Shown here in pieces: positions 18,679-27,832 of a stretch of 64,000 bases of DNA (position 1 is the first letter of the stretch; every line of letters begins with the position of its first letter). The stretch is from Fibrobacteria bacterium (GTDB taxonomy: Bacteria > Fibrobacterota > Chitinivibrionia > Chitinivibrionales > FEN-1185). The position numbers and the translations under genes are program-made. Under the pieces are notes generated by a model. The model saw only the letters and a program-made list of their open reading frames with translations, was not told where the DNA came from and searched no databases. Location: positions 21,305 to 85,304 of the forward strand of contig JBBIGR010000014.1 of the NCBI GenBank assembly GCA_037447435.1. The letters are read 5' to 3'.

Positions 18679-19213
18679 AGCACACGGAGTGACGCTTGTG
18701 GAGCTCATGATTGCGATTGCTATGTCGGGTATCGTCATTGGTCTTGCCATGTTTACCTGGACATATATTTCCCGGCACACGACGCTGCAAAAGCAAAAAA
18801 GTCTTTTTTATTCGCAAGCCGAGGCAATTGCAGCGGGAATTGCCAATACCGTACGAACGTCGCCGAACGTTATTTCGTACTCCACAAATGCAATAACCTG
18901 CGTCGATAAAAATCATGGCGATACGGTCACGTATGAATTGTACGGGGACAGCTTGCGGAAAAATACCGTCGGTATCCCTTGTGTGGCCGAAGGCGCCCGT
19001 TTTACAACCTTTGCAATCGAAGAAAAGGCCATTCCAATTCAGTTGCCTCCCGGCGCTGTTTACGACGAAAAAAAGCAAATAGATGTCTTATTGGTTCTTA
19101 CTCTCGGCATGGAAAACGGTACCGGATTATCGTGTACCGTTCCCATGCAAATCAAGGTAAAGAAACCGCTCGACAACACGGGAATATCCGCACGGGGACT
19201 TTGGAATTTCTGA
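18659..19213 (+). CDS. Prepilin-type N-terminal cleavage/methylation domain protein (PilW/GspJ-like minor pilin)
   Basis: Leader MANRLNKAHG, then VTLVELMIAIAMSGIVIGLAMF. It overlaps the previous gene by 20 nt. Confidence 0.75.
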   Translation: MANRLNKAHGVTLVELMIAIAMSGIVIGLAMFTWTYISRHTTLQKQKSLFYSQAEAIAAGIANTVRTSPNVISYSTNAITCVDKNHGDTVTYELYGDSLRKNTVGIPCVAEGARFTTFAIEEKAIPIQLPPGAVYDEKKQIDVLLVLTLGMENGTGLSCTVPMQIKVKKPLDNTGISARGLWNF

Positions 19214-19225
19214 TATTACATTAAA

Positions 19226-19756
19226 TCAATCGCCATATTTTCCGTTATACGATTCCCAATGCACGATTTCGTCCAGTTTTTTACGTTTCTTCGTCACCGG
19301 GACGCTTGCCGGATAGCCAATCGGCGTAAACACGATCGGCTCGATCGTTTCCGGCAAAGTAAGAACTCTGCGGGCTTCTTCAAGATTGAAATTTGCGACC
19401 CAGCAGGTGCCCAGCCCCGCTTCGGTCGCAGCAAGCGTCAAATGATCCATTGCAATCGCGATGTCGATTTCACCGTAATTTTTACCGTCTTTTCGTTGCC
19501 AGGATTGCGTGATATCGCAGCATAAGGCGATAATTGCCGGCGCTGCGCAGAACCAGGGGCGTTCATAGACTGCGGCAAGTTTTTTTTTCGTTTCGTCCTT
19601 ACGGATAACAATGAAAACCCATGGTTGGTTATTACATGCCGACGGCGCCAAACTTGCCGTTTCCAGTATTTTGAGCAACAGGGTTTCCTCGATTTTTTTA
19701 TCTTGATACGTACGTACCGAATAGCGTTTTTTTACGAGTTCTAAAAATGTCGACAT
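19226..19756 (-). CDS. Nitroreductase family protein
   Basis: RYSVRTYQDKKI, SLAPSACNNQPW and a C-terminal dimer-swap region are typical of the NADH/FMN nitroreductase fold. Confidence 0.8.
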   Translation of the reverse strand: MSTFLELVKKRYSVRTYQDKKIEETLLLKILETASLAPSACNNQPWVFIVIRKDETKKKLAAVYERPWFCAAPAIIALCCDITQSWQRKDGKNYGEIDIAIAMDHLTLAATEAGLGTCWVANFNLEEARRVLTLPETIEPIVFTPIGYPASVPVTKKRKKLDEIVHWESYNGKYGD

Positions 19757-19784
19757 TCTTGCCTCCCCCTTTTGATCGATCCGC

Positions 19785-21275
19785 TTATTGCGGATTTATT
19801 TCGAGCGGTTTTATTTCCACATCAGAGTAATATGCTTTTAAAATTTCCCTGTATCCTGCGCCGCTTTTTGCACGTCCCAAGGCGCCTCGTTGACACATTC
19901 CGACACCATGACCGTACCCTTTTCCCCGTAATACTACCGTATTTCCTTTTACAAACGCCTCTGTTAAACAACTGCTCTTAAGAATAGGATACCCCGAAAC
20001 ATTTCGCCGAAAAGCAAAGCGGATTTTATCGCCCCCATACACAAAATCGCCTTCCGTTGTCGAAAGCCTGCATTCCTTTATTCTACCGCAATGGAAACGC
20101 GAACCAAGAGATATTGAAGTAATACGTCCATGAAAGGGATTTTGAGGAAACGCTTCTTTTGAATATTTATTGACAATAAAGGTGAACTGGTCTTTTGTCC
20201 ATAGTTCTTCCCAATCGATAGGCCCAGCTGTCGCGCAAAACGGTTCGGAACCGTCCCGAACGGAACGCAGATACGGCAGAGACGATTTGTTCCACACGTC
20301 AGAAATATTGGCCGTGTTGCCGCCGCAGGTGGAATGGTAATATGCATAAATCAAGCTATCATGATAGACGATTACTTCATCAGTCGTCGCACGAATCGCT
20401 TTATTGCATATTTCCGATTCGGCAGACACCCCGCCGTATACCTGGTCCGAAACCGTTGCAAGCATATCATATTGTCCGCCGCCGGCACTTTCCAACAGTT
20501 TCTTATAAGTATAGGTACGAGCCGCAACAGCCTGGGCTTTGACCGCTTCAATTACTTCGTCGCTTCCTTTTCCAACCTCAAGCGGTACTACCCCTCGTAA
20601 ATAATCTTCTACGTTCAGCATATTTATGATAGAACACCCATTTGACCCCGGTACAAGCAAAATGGACCCGCGATAGCTTTGCCCATCGACTCTTTCGACC
20701 GAAAATTCATTAACGCATATTAACGTACAGGGATATGCGACTTCGCTTTTCTCGCTTCCGTCGACCAGCACTTTGGCCCACTGCTGCTCCGAACGCTCGA
20801 TCGTCAGTTTGCTGCAGACAGTCGGGTCCTTACGACCGTCGTGAATGCTCATAGTCATCGAGGCAACGATTTCAGCGGTTTTCTTATTCGCGCTAAGCAA
20901 TATCCTTACAGTGTGATCGCTGCGCGAAGCCAGGCGGATACTTTGTTGTGTTGGTTTCCGCGGCGGCAACGATTCTAAAGATTCTTTATGATTTTGCACG
21001 CCGACGGTTGTGTCTGCGTCCCACTGAATGGTTTCAGCCGCGTGTTGCGTATCGGGCTTCAATGCGGGCGCGGCATCTTCGGAAGCGGATTCAACAGGTT
21101 CGGCTTCCGGCTGTTTTTGTTGCTGCTTGACTTCTTGTTTTTTTCGGATATTTTTTTCTGTGTGATGCGAGGTCTGATTGGTGTTGAAAAAACGCGGATT
21201 GGGCGTACACCCGCCAATGGTTAGGAGAACGCAAAGAAACATCATCATAATGGCTTGGTTTTTATAGTCTAGCAT
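19785..21275 (-). CDS. SpoIID/LytB domain protein (probable lipoprotein)
   Basis: Motifs AQAVAARTYTY, YHSTCGGNTAN and GHGVGMCQRGA match SpoIID-type lytic transglycosylase/amidase enhancers. The signal FLCVLLTIGGC is lipobox-like. Confidence 0.85.
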   Translation of the reverse strand: MLDYKNQAIMMMFLCVLLTIGGCTPNPRFFNTNQTSHHTEKNIRKKQEVKQQQKQPEAEPVESASEDAAPALKPDTQHAAETIQWDADTTVGVQNHKESLESLPPRKPTQQSIRLASRSDHTVRILLSANKKTAEIVASMTMSIHDGRKDPTVCSKLTIERSEQQWAKVLVDGSEKSEVAYPCTLICVNEFSVERVDGQSYRGSILLVPGSNGCSIINMLNVEDYLRGVVPLEVGKGSDEVIEAVKAQAVAARTYTYKKLLESAGGGQYDMLATVSDQVYGGVSAESEICNKAIRATTDEVIVYHDSLIYAYYHSTCGGNTANISDVWNKSSLPYLRSVRDGSEPFCATAGPIDWEELWTKDQFTFIVNKYSKEAFPQNPFHGRITSISLGSRFHCGRIKECRLSTTEGDFVYGGDKIRFAFRRNVSGYPILKSSCLTEAFVKGNTVVLRGKGYGHGVGMCQRGALGRAKSGAGYREILKAYYSDVEIKPLEINPQ

Positions 21276-21407
21276 GGTAGTAATATATATATAAATTATC
21301 TGCGCGGGACGCGCAGATAAAATCTGTGTTAAAACTATCCAATAACGAAGAAGAAAGCAACGGATTAGTAAAATACGTAGTAAGCCGCATCATTGTGCGG
21401 TTTTCTT

Positions 21408-21908
21408 TCAAGCGGTCGCGGCAAGTTTTTTAAGTTTTCCGCTGAGCAATTTTCTCTGTATAACCGAAATATGGTCTATTATAAGAATGCCGTTGAGATG
21501 ATCTATTTCATGCTGTAATGCCCGTGCCAAAAGATCGTCTGCTTTATCGATGGTAAAGAATTCGCCTTTTTCGTTCTGGGCCTTTACAGATACAATGGTT
21601 GGCCGAGTAATATCGAGGTGAATGTCCGGAAAACTGAGGCATCCCTCTTCCCGTTGCACTTCTTCTTCGGACTTATAGGTGAACTCCGGGTTTATAATTA
21701 CGAGCGGAGGATTTTCACCCTTGGTGGTATCGATAACCACCAATTGAATGGATTGGCCCACCTGCGGTGCGGCCAATCCTACGCCGTCGTATTCGACCAT
21801 TGTTTCATTCATTTCATTTACCAATGCCTTTAAAGCATCATCGAAAACAAGAACCGGCTTGGCTTTTTTTCTTAAAATCGGATTTCCATAATAAACAACG
21901 TCGAACAT
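21408..21908 (-). CDS. def: Peptide deformylase
   Basis: All three signature motifs are present: GVGLAAPQVG, EGCLSFP, HEIDHLNG. Confidence 0.95.
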   Translation of the reverse strand: MFDVVYYGNPILRKKAKPVLVFDDALKALVNEMNETMVEYDGVGLAAPQVGQSIQLVVIDTTKGENPPLVIINPEFTYKSEEEVQREEGCLSFPDIHLDITRPTIVSVKAQNEKGEFFTIDKADDLLARALQHEIDHLNGILIIDHISVIQRKLLSGKLKKLAATA

Positions 21909-21916
21909 GATTTAAA

Positions 21917-22306
21917 CTATCCTTTTTTCTCTGCTTTTTCTGCATCCGCTTTTTCTTTTTCTTCATTGACAATAGTTGCAATTGCAGATTTTTTAAACTC
22001 AACAACGGTGTTCTCGGCAATTTTAACCATAACCGTCGTATCTTTTACATTGCCGACAATTCCCAGAGCACCGCCAATGGTCAGAACTTTGTCCCCTTTT
22101 TTCATATTATTGAGCATGTTCTGAGTTTCCTTTTGCTTTTTACGCTGCGGTAAAATCATCAGGAAATAAATGATCGCAAAAATGACAGCCATCATTATAA
22201 GAAACGTCATTGGGTCCTGACCGCCTGCTTTCGGTGCGGCTTTATCTTGAGCAAACAATGAAAATGCGCTTATCGCTACAAGGGCAGAAGCAAATTTAGA
22301 CTTCAT
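21917..22306 (-). CDS. yajC: Preprotein translocase subunit YajC
   Basis: A TM helix is followed by ILPQRKKQKE...KKGDKVLTIGGALGIV, the YajC signature. It has an unusual N-terminal signal-like extension. Confidence 0.8.
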   Translation of the reverse strand: MKSKFASALVAISAFSLFAQDKAAPKAGGQDPMTFLIMMAVIFAIIYFLMILPQRKKQKETQNMLNNMKKGDKVLTIGGALGIVGNVKDTTVMVKIAENTVVEFKKSAIATIVNEEKEKADAEKAEKKG

Positions 22307-22656
22307 GAAGAATCCTTTCTTGTCCGGAAAACCGGACTATGATTAAATCCAATTATTGACTCTGAAAAACGAAATTAACATACGTAATTTTTCGATTTCA
22401 GGCCAATAATATATGTTGCCCTTGATTAAAAAGTCAATGCTCACACACCCCGCACAATCCGACTCTCTAGACTTTAAAAAAATACAATACGAATTAATTA
22501 AGATTCCAAAACCAGGAAAATCAAAATAATTACCGTCGTTTCTATACTGTTTTCGCATATCCCGGATTTGATATTGCATTTTTTATTTTCCATCGTCTTT
22601 AATTGAGTTAAAGTTTTTTTCGATCATACCCGATATAGTTACTTGGGAGCAAACCT

Positions 22657-22944
22657 ATGCGAATTGAGCAATTAATAGGCAATTACACCAGCCTTTCCGG
22701 GCAAAAACGGCCCTGGAAGGATCCAACAGGTAGTTATCCTAAAAAATCTTTTTTAGGCCGGGCTTCAGTTTTGGATATCGTTTGCATTAATCCCGAAGAA
22801 ACCGAAGATGACTTGGCCTGGCTTGAATCATACATACGACAACTTTCATGTGAAGCGGTGCTTGAAAAAATCGATCAGCTTTTTTCATCTAACCAATCTC
22901 CTGATGAGCTGCTGATAGAAAAGCTTCTTTTCGAATTGCTTTAA
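22657..22944 (+). CDS. Hypothetical protein (95 aa)
   Basis: ORF only; it has a plausible RBS GGGAG upstream. No recognisable motif. Confidence 0.4.
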   Translation: MRIEQLIGNYTSLSGQKRPWKDPTGSYPKKSFLGRASVLDIVCINPEETEDDLAWLESYIRQLSCEAVLEKIDQLFSSNQSPDELLIEKLLFELL

Positions 22945-23023
22945 CTAATAAATTCATCGGTTTTCAAACAAAATAAAAACCTGCACCCCCAAGCAAGGTA
23001 ATTGTAATTATTTTCTGCATACC

Positions 23024-24250
23024 ATGGCATATGTATACTTTGCAAAATGGATACTTTTACCCTCCTTTGAAGTGCTTCTTAACGGCGCCATAAGTGTTGA
23101 AAATGGAAGAATCAAGGACATTGGTTCTCGTAGCCAAGTTCATAAAAACACCTCGGACCATGTAATTAATTTAGGCGACATATTCCTTCTGCCCGGTCTT
23201 ATTAATATTCATACTCATTTAGAGGAAAATGCGCTTCGCGATATGCCCCGGCAAGAATCCGACACCTTTGCCGCCTGGCTCGCAAAACGCAATTCCAAAC
23301 TTAAACAAATACCGGCCCATGCCATTGAGAAATCAATAGCATTAGGCGCCCGCGAATTGCTGTCGCATGGCATAACCGCAGTTGCCGACTTTTCTAAATT
23401 AGGCCTCGGCACAACTATTATTTCGCAAGAGGGAATTCGGGCATTTGTATTTCATGAAGCCCATCCGCAAAGCACGGAGGAAGAAAAATCGATTGTGGAT
23501 ATGATATCCAAGCGCACCGGACCTCATTCTCACGATCGCTACACGGGAATTGGTCCCTATGCTTTATTTTCACTTTCTCCCAAAAGCCATCGTACTATCG
23601 CTGCGCTGGCAAAAAACGAGGGTTTTTTATACGCACTTCACATTGCGGAAAGCAACGAGGAATTACAGGCATTTTCCGAGCAAAGCGGCGACCTTTACTT
23701 CCATATATCAAGAAAAAAGGGATGGCCGTACGGCGTCGTCCGTCGCGGCTCGATGGATTTTGCTCTACAAGAAAACTTGATACCGCAAAACGCAATCTGT
23801 TTACATTGCAATTATTTAAGCGGTGCCGAATTCGAAAAGCTTGCGGCAATTAACGCGTCGGTGGTTCTTTGTTTCCAATATTCAAAAGAAATGCTTCACA
23901 AGGAATTTCCGCTTGATGTCGCCATAAACCGCGGCCTTAACTTATGCGTCGGAACCGAAAGTATTTCCTGCGAAAGATCGTTCAATCTATTTGACGAACT
24001 GTATTGCGCACGGAAACAATTTCCCCATATTAGCGCCAAACAAATGCTGCGATGGGTCACAAGCAATCCCGCGGCAGCGCTTGGCGCAGCCGAGAACCTG
24101 GGCAGCCTGGACAAGGGCAAACTTGCGGATTTCATCGGCGTACGCTTTCACACCGACCCGGGCGAAAACATCCTCGAAGAGCTGATTGAAGGCGAGCCTG
24201 AAATTAGGCTTGTCATCATTAACGGCGAAGAAATAATCGCGGAATACTGA
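23024..24250 (+). CDS. Amidohydrolase family protein (nucleoside/aminofutalosine deaminase-like)
   Basis: Metal-binding motif LPGLINIHTHLEEN, LHIAES in mid-protein, and a C-terminal LGSLDKGKLADFI pattern typical of the amidohydrolase_1 superfamily. Confidence 0.7.
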   Translation: MAYVYFAKWILLPSFEVLLNGAISVENGRIKDIGSRSQVHKNTSDHVINLGDIFLLPGLINIHTHLEENALRDMPRQESDTFAAWLAKRNSKLKQIPAHAIEKSIALGARELLSHGITAVADFSKLGLGTTIISQEGIRAFVFHEAHPQSTEEEKSIVDMISKRTGPHSHDRYTGIGPYALFSLSPKSHRTIAALAKNEGFLYALHIAESNEELQAFSEQSGDLYFHISRKKGWPYGVVRRGSMDFALQENLIPQNAICLHCNYLSGAEFEKLAAINASVVLCFQYSKEMLHKEFPLDVAINRGLNLCVGTESISCERSFNLFDELYCARKQFPHISAKQMLRWVTSNPAAALGAAENLGSLDKGKLADFIGVRFHTDPGENILEELIEGEPEIRLVIINGEEIIAEY

Positions 24251-24276
24251 ACACTATTTGAAAAGGCAATGGTTTT

Positions 24277-24744
24277 TTATCGGAATCTGTCCTTTCCGAC
24301 TATTCTTTCAATTGTTTCAAAATCGACATTCTCCGCAATTTCTTTGGAAAACGATCGATCGAATACTATGCTTTTATCAAAAGGGTTGGTTGCATCAAGA
24401 ATGTACACGGGTGTCGGATTATCCAGGTAGGCGAAAATCGTCGCATCTTCAAACGACATGCTTTTCGCAACCCTCGACTGTTTAACCGACGCTTTATCGA
24501 TCCAGCCGATATTTCCCTTTAAATCGCTTACCTTGAGCATTTCACCTTTGGCATCCATTACAAGCAGCCAATCATTCTCACTGACGGTAAAGACTGGTTC
24601 CTCTGCGGATATTTTGGGATTATTCAAAAAAGCCGGAACATTGTTTTGAATCGGAACGACATATTTACCCTGATTAACAGCAGCGCTGAAAACAATGTTG
24701 AGACTTGCAAGAATTATTAAGGCGCTATAAATCGATATTCGCAT
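24277..24744 (-). CDS. Secreted hypothetical protein with SH3b-like segment
   Basis: I prefer the start at 24744, preceded by AAGGAGGA with 6-nt spacing. Signal peptide MRISIYSALIILASLNIVFSA. DWLLVMDAKGEMLKVSDLKGNIGWIDKASV resembles a bacterial SH3. Confidence 0.5.
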   Translation of the reverse strand: MRISIYSALIILASLNIVFSAAVNQGKYVVPIQNNVPAFLNNPKISAEEPVFTVSENDWLLVMDAKGEMLKVSDLKGNIGWIDKASVKQSRVAKSMSFEDATIFAYLDNPTPVYILDATNPFDKSIVFDRSFSKEIAENVDFETIERIVGKDRFR

Positions 24745-24905
24745 GATACATCCTCCTTTCCGCAAAATCCTACGTCTTGTATTGGTTATTACGGAACCGG
24801 ACCTGTTGATATTTCGTTTTCCGGGTTTGGGGATGGAAGGGCTCGAAGAGGAAACGACAAAGTTTTTTTAAACGATCTCAATATTATATTTGAGCAACAA
24901 ATTCA

Positions 24906-25418
24906 TCACATCGGGTAATGAAAATTTTGCTCCTTTATTTTTTTTTTTTCAAGATCGACGAAATACCTCTTGGCAGTGGTGAAATCGGCTTTTTCGATAT
25001 TCGACTTTTCAAAAAGCGTCTTATAAAGATCGCATTCCCGGAATACGACCGATTTTAGATTGGATTCTATAAAACAGGCCTCTTTGACCGAACATTTTTC
25101 GAATTTCGTATTCAACAAATTGTTTTTTTCAAATATCGCATAATCAAGAATGCAGCTCAAAAACGATACCCCGAATGCGAGTTGATTTATCTTGCCGAAA
25201 TTTACACCCGAAAGCTTGCAATTTTCAAACGAGACATTATCGAATGTCCAATCGTCGCTTTTCATAAGCGTGCAATTACAATTGTAAAACTCACAATCGT
25301 GGAACTCCAGAATTTCGGTTTGTTCCTTGGAAAAATCGCATCCTTCGAACCTTGTATTGTAGAATTCAGACTCCGACATGCAAGATTCGAGCGAAGTAAA
25401 TACGGCTTCAACTTTCAT
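24906..25418 (-). CDS. Pentapeptide repeat protein
   Basis: Repeating A(D/N)LxX-type pentads run through most of the 170 aa (FEGCDFSKEQ.., FENCKLSGVNF.., FEKCSVKEACF.., FRECDLYKTLF..). Confidence 0.8.
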   Translation of the reverse strand: MKVEAVFTSLESCMSESEFYNTRFEGCDFSKEQTEILEFHDCEFYNCNCTLMKSDDWTFDNVSFENCKLSGVNFGKINQLAFGVSFLSCILDYAIFEKNNLLNTKFEKCSVKEACFIESNLKSVVFRECDLYKTLFEKSNIEKADFTTAKRYFVDLEKKKIKEQNFHYPM

Positions 25419-25647
25419 TAATCATCCTTTAATTCGATCTTCGTAAAATTTTCGCTATTTTTTTAAATATAAATGATTCGTTTATAATTTTTTAGTATCG
25501 TAATGAACGTTTTTGAAATTGATTTATATATTAAAATCAATTCGCAAATTACTAATGATAAATATATTATATTAATCATTAGTTAGTTTACACAAGAAGA
25601 CCCGACTTACGAGTCGATTTCTCTTTGATTGCCACAAAGGAGGAAAC

Positions 25648-26223
25648 ATGGATCATACGTGGTGGGGTTCCCTTAGTCCTGTGCAGCATTTATACTGGAT
25701 AATCGCTATTCCAGCTACCGTAATACTTTTCGTACAGTTGATTTTAGCCTTCATTTCCGGATTTGAATTCCATATGGGCAGTGATTTGGGCGCTCATCAT
25801 GCTGGCGATGTGGGCGCGCCTCATTTTCAACTTTTAACGCTTCGGAATGTGGTTGCTTTTTTTTCTGTTTTCGGATGGACCGGCTTGGCGTTAAAGCATG
25901 CAGGGGTATCAAACCTTTTTACGATTCTTATATCATTTAGTTCTGGTCTATTGATGATGATTATCATGACTTCCATGTTTGTCGGATTATCGAAGTTACA
26001 AAGTGACGGGACAATAATGATTTCAGGAGCGAAAGGCCTTTCTGCGCAAATATATCTCACAGTGCCCTCCAATAGGACTGGATTTGGGAAAATAGAGGTC
26101 GTACTCCAGGGAAGGAAAATTGAATTGGATGCCTTAACAGATGATCTTGTAGATATTCCTACCGGTTCAAACGTGAAAATCTTAGATATAATTAATAATC
26201 AAGCAATTGTTGAAAGGATATAA
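25648..26223 (+). CDS. NfeD/YqiJ-like membrane protein
   Basis: Several TM helices are followed by a C-terminal OB-like soluble domain (..GFGKIEVVLQGRKIELDALT..). It sits immediately upstream of a flotillin gene, the classic NfeD-SPFH pairing. Confidence 0.7.
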   Translation: MDHTWWGSLSPVQHLYWIIAIPATVILFVQLILAFISGFEFHMGSDLGAHHAGDVGAPHFQLLTLRNVVAFFSVFGWTGLALKHAGVSNLFTILISFSSGLLMMIIMTSMFVGLSKLQSDGTIMISGAKGLSAQIYLTVPSNRTGFGKIEVVLQGRKIELDALTDDLVDIPTGSNVKILDIINNQAIVERI

Positions 26224-26227
26224 AACC

Positions 26228-27799
26228 ATGTATGTTTTAGCCGCCGTAGCCGTCGCTACTCTTGTAATCGTTATCATGCTTATCAGCGTTCTGTCAAGAT
26301 ATAAACGATGTCCTTCGGACAAGGTACTGGTAATTTTTGGAAAAGTCGCAAAGGGTCAAACTGCGCGCTGTGTTCATGGTGGCGCGGCATTTGTTTGGCC
26401 GATCATCCAAGATTACAAGATGTTAAACCTTACTCCAATCCAAATCGATATTCCGCTCGATAATGCGCTCTCACGACAAAACATTCGTGTTTCTGTTCCG
26501 GCAGTTTTTACAATCGGTGTATCCACAAAGCCTGAAATCATGATTTCGGCAGCCGAACGACTCTTGGGTTTATTGCCCCAAGACATTTCCAAGCTTGCAG
26601 AAGAAATCATCATTGGACAAATGCGACTTGTTGTGGCGCAAATGGATATTGAAGAAATCAATTCCAATCGTGATAAATTTCTAGATGGAATTTATAAAAA
26701 CGTTGAAACAGAACTTGAAAAAGTAGGATTGCGTTTAATTAATGTTAATATAAAAGATATTAAAGATGCCTCCGGCTACCTTGAAGCATTAGGAAAAAAC
26801 GCTGCTGCGGAAGCGTTAAACAATGCAAAGAAAGCAGTCGCAGAAAAGGACCGGGATGGCGCAATCGGCCAAGCTGATGCGGTAAAAGAACAAACGATTA
26901 AAGTGGCTGAAGCAACTGCTGCGGCCGAATCGGGCAAAGCCGATGCTGACCGCCTCATGCGCGTAAACATTGCTTCTGCAAATGCAACTGCCGTTGAAGG
27001 AGAAAATAAGGCAACCGTTACAATTGCCAATTCATCGGCTTCTGCGGAATCGGGTAAGGCAGATGCGCAACGATTCATGCGAGTAAATATCGCCAATGCC
27101 AATGCCACTGCCGTACAGGGTGAAAACCTTGCTGCAGTGACTATTGCAAACTCAACTTCGGAAATGCGCCAGAAAAAAGCAGAAGCAGAAAGAGCTGCTC
27201 TTGCAGCGGAAAAAGTTCGATCTGCGCAAGCATTGGAAGAAGCCTATAAGGCGGAACAATTGGCTGAAACCGCCCGAGCAGAACGCGAACGAGCTACAAA
27301 AACCGCTAATGAAGTAGTCAATGCCGAAATCGAGCGTCAAAAGATTCTCATCGCAGCTGAGGCTGAGAAAGCGAAACTCATCAAAGAAGCTGAAGGAGAA
27401 GGAGAAGCAATTTTCGCCAAAATGAATGGCCAGGCACGCGGCATCATGGAAATACTCACAAAGCAAGCTGAGGGACTTGAAAAGATTGTAAAGGCGGCGG
27501 GTGGAAACCCCGACAAAGCTGCGACATTACTCATCATAGACAAACTGCCTGAATTGGTCAAGACACAGGTAGAGGCAATCAAGGGTATTAAAATTGACAA
27601 AGTTACTGTTTGGGATTCTGGATCCAAAGATGGAGGTCCAAATTCAACAGCAAGTTTTTTTCAAGGGTTAATGAAATCGGTTCCCCCTTTGAATGACATA
27701 TTTCAACAAGCTGGCATGGTTTTGCCTGAAATTTTGGGAAAGCCTTCCAATTCCAAACCGAAACCTGAACCAAAGGAAACGGAACCGTCTGAACAATAA
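26228..27799 (+). CDS. Flotillin-like SPFH/band 7 protein (YqiK/FloT type)
   Basis: N-terminal TM helix, an SPFH core (..VFTIGVSTKPE..AEEIIIGQMRLVVAQMDIEEINSNRDKF..), and a long Ala/Glu-rich coiled flotillin domain. I prefer the ATG at 26228 to 26207, which would overlap nfeD. Confidence 0.85.
   Translation: MYVLAAVAVATLVIVIMLISVLSRYKRCPSDKVLVIFGKVAKGQTARCVHGGAAFVWPIIQDYKMLNLTPIQIDIPLDNALSRQNIRVSVPAVFTIGVSTKPEIMISAAERLLGLLPQDISKLAEEIIIGQMRLVVAQMDIEEINSNRDKFLDGIYKNVETELEKVGLRLINVNIKDIKDASGYLEALGKNAAAEALNNAKKAVAEKDRDGAIGQADAVKEQTIKVAEATAAAESGKADADRLMRVNIASANATAVEGENKATVTIANSSASAESGKADAQRFMRVNIANANATAVQGENLAAVTIANSTSEMRQKKAEAERAALAAEKVRSAQALEEAYKAEQLAETARAERERATKTANEVVNAEIERQKILIAAEAEKAKLIKEAEGEGEAIFAKMNGQARGIMEILTKQAEGLEKIVKAAGGNPDKAATLLIIDKLPELVKTQVEAIKGIKIDKVTVWDSGSKDGGPNSTASFFQGLMKSVPPLNDIFQQAGMVLPEILGKPSNSKPKPEPKETEPSEQ
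26924..27163 (+). repeat. Tandem 120-bp (40-aa) in-frame duplication inside the flotillin gene
   Basis: AESGKADADRLMRVNIASANATAVEGENKATVTIANSSAS and AESGKADAQRFMRVNIANANATAVQGENLAAVTIANSTSE share 31/40 residues, with many synonymous DNA differences. Confidence 0.85.
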
Positions 27800-27832
27800 C
27801 TACGGTATAATTCTGGATAATAGGACAATGGC

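Noticed and set aside
21298-21395. Hairpins between def and the spoIID-like gene (ATCTGCGCG-gga-CGCGCAGAT at 21298-21318; CCGCA-tcattg-TGCGG+TTTT at ~21376-21395).
   Set aside because: The first may be a def terminator on the minus strand but lacks a clean U tract. The second has its U tract on the + strand, where no gene ends. The function is unclear.
22343-22579. 78-aa minus-strand ORF in the yajC-upstream spacer, and the hairpin GTCCGG-aaaa-CCGGAC at 22322-22337.
   Set aside because: The sequence is AT-rich with no motif and no clear RBS, so I cannot support it as a gene. The hairpin lacks a U tract. The region stays unannotated.
26776-27627. Three antisense ORFs (110, 104 and 96 aa) inside the flotillin gene.
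   Set aside because: They are shadow ORFs created by the Ala/Glu-rich, repeat-containing coding strand. Their translations are low-complexity (A/S/F-rich), and the sense strand has clear SPFH/flotillin homology.
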